A stretch of DNA of 51,829 nt from Podarcis gaigeae (lineage: Eukaryota): NCBI GenBank assembly GCA_964106915.2, contig OZ066928.1; one strand, given 5' to 3'. The position numbers and the translations under genes are program-made. Shown here piece after piece: positions 48,140-51,829 of this stretch. Under the pieces are notes generated by a model, which was not told the origin of the DNA, made no database searches, and saw only the letters and a program-made list of their open reading frames with translations. How positions within the stretch are numbered: the stretch's first letter is position 1; every line of letters begins with the position of its first letter.

Positions 48140-48255
48140 CTTTGCCCTCTGGATGCTGTTAGACTGCAGCTCCCTTCATCCCTGGTCTTGTTGACTAGGA
48201 CTAATGGGAAGTAGAATCCAACAACATCTGGAGGGTATCATGTTAGCTACCCCTG
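48140..48255. mobile_element. URR1-like palindromic hAT MITE
   Basis: gccctctggatgctgttagactgcagctccc...gggaagtagaatccaacaacatctggaggg...ctacccctg. Confidence 0.7.
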
Positions 48256-48271
48256 AATTGAAAGAGTCCCG

Positions 48272-48365
48272 GCCAACCTTAGTACATGTGCACCTTAAGT
48301 GGTAGTAAGTTCCTCTCTCCCCACATTGTTTGCAGCAATGTAAACTACTGATTTTCAATATTTGA
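48272..48365 (-). mobile_element. Old L1 ORF2 fragment (zf-RVT-like motif)
   Basis: KISSLHCCKQCGERGTYYHLRCTCTKV aligns to [26 protein letters not shown] of the young L1. Confidence 0.6.
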
Positions 48366-50876
48366 TTAGTAAAGTGTTTTTTCTTTCTTTAGCAGGATTA
48401 GGGCAATTAAAAAGACTGAGTAGCAGTTAAATGAAGTGTCACAGTCAATACCTAGGATTCTAACATGAGTGAACAGAAGGAAGTTCATGAAAGGCAAGTT
48501 TCTCATTTTTCCTTCTCCACTGTACCATCTACACAGTTTTCACCAGAGGGATCTTCCTGAATCATGTTGGATGGGGCATACATGGCCCCTGGGGAAGGAG
48601 GTATCTCCCAAAATGAGGTTGGAGGTACCTTTTCCTTTTTGATTGATTATTCCCTTGCAACCCAGCCCTGAACACATGGAGAGGTATTTCAGAGTACTTA
48701 GCAAGGGTAAGGGAATGGAAAATGTTCCTTCTTTCACTTCCTCAGGATCCGAACCCATGATCAAAATTGTGATGTCGGCTGACATTCACATACAGATGCT
48801 GATAATCCCAGGCAAATGTCATGATTGTCAGTCATATATCCCCACTTGTTGGACAAATACTAGTGAATGATGATAGTCACACTTAGGTGACTGTCAAAAC
48901 CCATTGGTTTATTTATACTTGTGGGGCATTCATACAGGGAAGATTGCAAAGATATGAATTCTGGCATTCACCAATTTGGGGATATTTGCCATAATGTAAA
49001 TGTTCAAGAATGAGCAAGATTCCTGATGCTGGATTTATCCATAAACAAAGCTTCCTTTGATAAATCCTCTTGCACATTCCAAGTCCACATGCTGTCCTGG
49101 TAATGCTATAATTAAGCCAAAGAGTCATGTCAAAACGGCCTTTTCCATCTGTTGTGTGATCTGCTTAGGGACCAATTCAGAAAGAGTGACAACTGACCTG
49201 AAAAAAAAAGAGAGACACTTCCACCTCTTCTTTTTCAGGTCCACCTCTTCTTTTTCAAATGAACAGGAAAAGCATTCCAAGTCAATAAAATAACTGTTGT
49301 CCCCCCCATCTGACTGACACATTCTGAAATCTGCTGTGTTTTTCCTTGAAAATGTTGTGTCTTAGAGAGAAGGCACAAAGGTCAACTCATGCACAACATA
49401 CAAACACATTATGAAACATTTTAATTTCCCCCTTATGTAAAGTACAAAAACCATGGGAAGAATTAAAATTAGCAGCAGACTGTCTGTACCCCCCCCCCAA
49501 AAACCCCACTCTCTTTCATTACTAAGATCACATCCCAAATCTGCTTGCTGTTCTCTGCTAAGTCTGAGAATGTTTGGTCTAAAGAACTGACGTGCAGGAC
49601 ACCAAGAACTCGGCCTGTATTTATAATACTAATTGATTTCATTTATTTTCCCTCCCCAGAGCATTTTTCACTGTCAGCCTTGCCATTATCTTAATGTTGT
49701 TGTTTCCAATAAACACTCTGAAAAGTCGTTTTAAAGGCAGGGGGTCTTTGAGCACAGATGTGTCAGGTGTATCGGCCCGCTCTCCTCCGAGACAGTGAGA
49801 TTGGCTAGAGGAAACCCCATGGAATGTTGCTTCTGAAAGAGCCATGGTTTAGCCATCTGTTTGAATCTCTGCTACCTGGAGGAAGTCTGTCTCATGCTTG
49901 GTCCCATGACGGCATGGAGTCATATAGCAGAGGCGCTTACCGTTGGGTAATGTGAAACACGAGAGTGTTTGGAACCAGAGGCAATCTTTCGAAGGTCATT
50001 ATCTTTAACAGGGAGATAACAAGGTTTTTCTGTTGCTGTGTACATTGGAGGGGCTGAGTTTCTGCACCAAAATATTTGCAAGCAGATGGGGCTCCTGTGG
50101 GCAGCAGGATAGTGTTGCTGTTGAGTTTCACCTAAAGGGCAATCAGATTTCAGGTGAGTTTAGAAGTGCCAGCACCATCTGATGGAGTTGAGGAGGTGAT
50201 AAAAGTGGGTGGATAACTGTGTGATTCTAAGCACATTAACATGGAAGCATGTCCTAATGATTCCCTGGAGCTTAGTCCCAAGGAAGTGCATATAGGATTG
50301 CAGCTGAAAATGAGCTGAATATACTGTGGAGTGGAGGAGAGCACATTTTGAATATTGCAGAGTTGATACTGGAATTCATTTGGACAAATTTGGTTGAATT
50401 TGGAGGTCACCAGCTGGTGAATTTCTAAGGAATGTTGGAGAGGTTCAATTTGGCTGTAATGAAATATGTCAGACTTTAGGGAGGTTTACACAACCCCCCA
50501 CCACACACACAATGATAGCATCTGTGTCAGAGGTGGCTTGTAAGAGCCATGCATTCTGAATTTGGAGCAACCAGCTCAGACCTCACACATGGAACTTCCC
50601 TAGTTAACTGGGCAAAATATTTTTTCCCACTGGAGATTTTTGAGAACAATGTATTATTTTGGGCATTTTTCCTTGCCACCAACCAAGAGTATCTCTGGGT
50701 CTTCATTGAGCTAGAGTCTCTCCCCCCACCCATACATCACAATGCTCAAGAAGACCTTATCTCTGTGGACAGTGGGGAAGCATTCCTAATATATTTGGCT
50801 GCTGTATGGACTCTTTCAATATGCATAGGTGTGCATGCATGTGTGAATTGCCAAATTAAGTTTTAAGCAAGACTTA

Positions 50877-51020
50877 GGCCCGATTCATACATAACTGGGA
50901 AATCATTGTTTGTGCTCTGACTACAACCCTGGTTTGCAAACCAGGATGAAACCATGGTTTACCAGCTTTGTTTCTAGTCAGAGCTTGAATCACAGCTTCC
51001 TGGTAAGGGTGTAACAGGGA
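50877..51020. mobile_element. Palindromic MITE relic (possibly Harbinger-type)
   Basis: gctctgacta...tagtcagagc inverted arms around cctggtttgcaaaccagg and aaaccatggttt palindromes. Confidence 0.45.
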
Positions 51021-51829
51021 GCTTCAGTTTAACAAACCTTAGATGGATTGCATTAAGGGGCGAGACTGGAGGGAGGGCACTTTTTCTTGATCTTGGGTGT
51101 ATTCACACCTGGGGTCTAATTAGTTTCACTGGTTATAATGGTAGTACTTCTGTTCTGATAGAGTTGCTTGCTGTTCTCTCTGTGGAACTTATATAGTCAG
51201 AGTGGTCCAGTGCAAGAATGTCTTCGATTTTTGCTAGGGATTTCATTTGATCTAGTGCCAGAACTTTTTTTGTCCTCAAATCCTTTGAGGATATGTAACA
51301 ATAGTAGTATAAATGGCTATCACTTCTCTCTCTTCTGGTGGGAGGGTACTTGCATAATTATCTTCTCCCATGCAACCTTAGATTGTGACCTGCTGCTTCT
51401 CATTCTGTTATACATATGACTAGTTTCATGGAAAGCAGAATCCTCTGACATTTCCCCAGCAAATTTATTATCATCTTTTGCTAGAACACAAGCTGAAATA
51501 AAGCAAGATAAACATGTTGTCTTGGATTGTGGTTGGGATTGTACAATGCAACTTTGTCACTGAACCTCAAAATGTGATAAAGTCAGTGATGATGATGGTT
51601 CTTTTTTCCCATTTTGCTTTAACATGTTTGTGAAGTTGATCTGAATCTCTACACCAATATTAAAATAAGTCATGCTGTAGGGTTGGCCATACTTTTAGCA
51701 TAGGGTCAGTGGCTTAAGATATCCAACCCATAAATGTTGCTGGAGACTCACTACTTTAAAATGCATATTCTTGTTGAGTTTTCTCTCAGGCTACAGTCTT
51801 ATACTAGCCACATTGAACTCAATAGGACT

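Noticed and set aside
48643-48870. PGKCHD motif suggesting a Harbinger/HARBI1 transposase
   Set aside because: The companion motifs (IDGTH, NRKG, GDxGY) are absent or wrongly spaced.
1-51829. CRISPR arrays, operons or other prokaryote-type systems; endogenous viral genes
   Set aside because: Eukaryotic repeat-rich DNA with no spaced repeat arrays and no gag, pol, env or other viral ORFs seen.

Overview
Vertebrate nuclear DNA from a squamate reptile, probably a lacertid lizard. The assignment rests on three Sauria/Squam1-type SINEs with ACCTTT tails, BovB, CR1, L2, RTE and L1 LINE fragments, and many lizard-type hAT and Tigger MITEs. I recognise no host protein-coding exon, RNA gene, miRNA or ribozyme. 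The only convincing ORFs are retrotransposon ORF2 C-termini: L1 43354-44787, CR1 24076-24540, BovB 29755-30213, L2 and RTE. The window reads as a large intron or gene desert, with repeats alternating with repeat-free blocks rich in HOX/PBX/CDX, MEIS, SOX and TCF motifs (candidate developmental enhancers). The most unusual items are: an 84-bp TG...CA element with 10-bp TIRs and a 5-bp TSD inserted in a CR1 3' UTR; a local inverted duplication of a CR1 tail plus unique flank; a bipartite ORF-less RTE derivative; several nested insertions with clean TSDs; and a candidate two-exon minus-strand transcript near 48.9-50.1 kb. I found no evidence for a new multi-gene system. Family names come from recalled consensus sequences, not database searches, and boundaries of old repeats are approximate.
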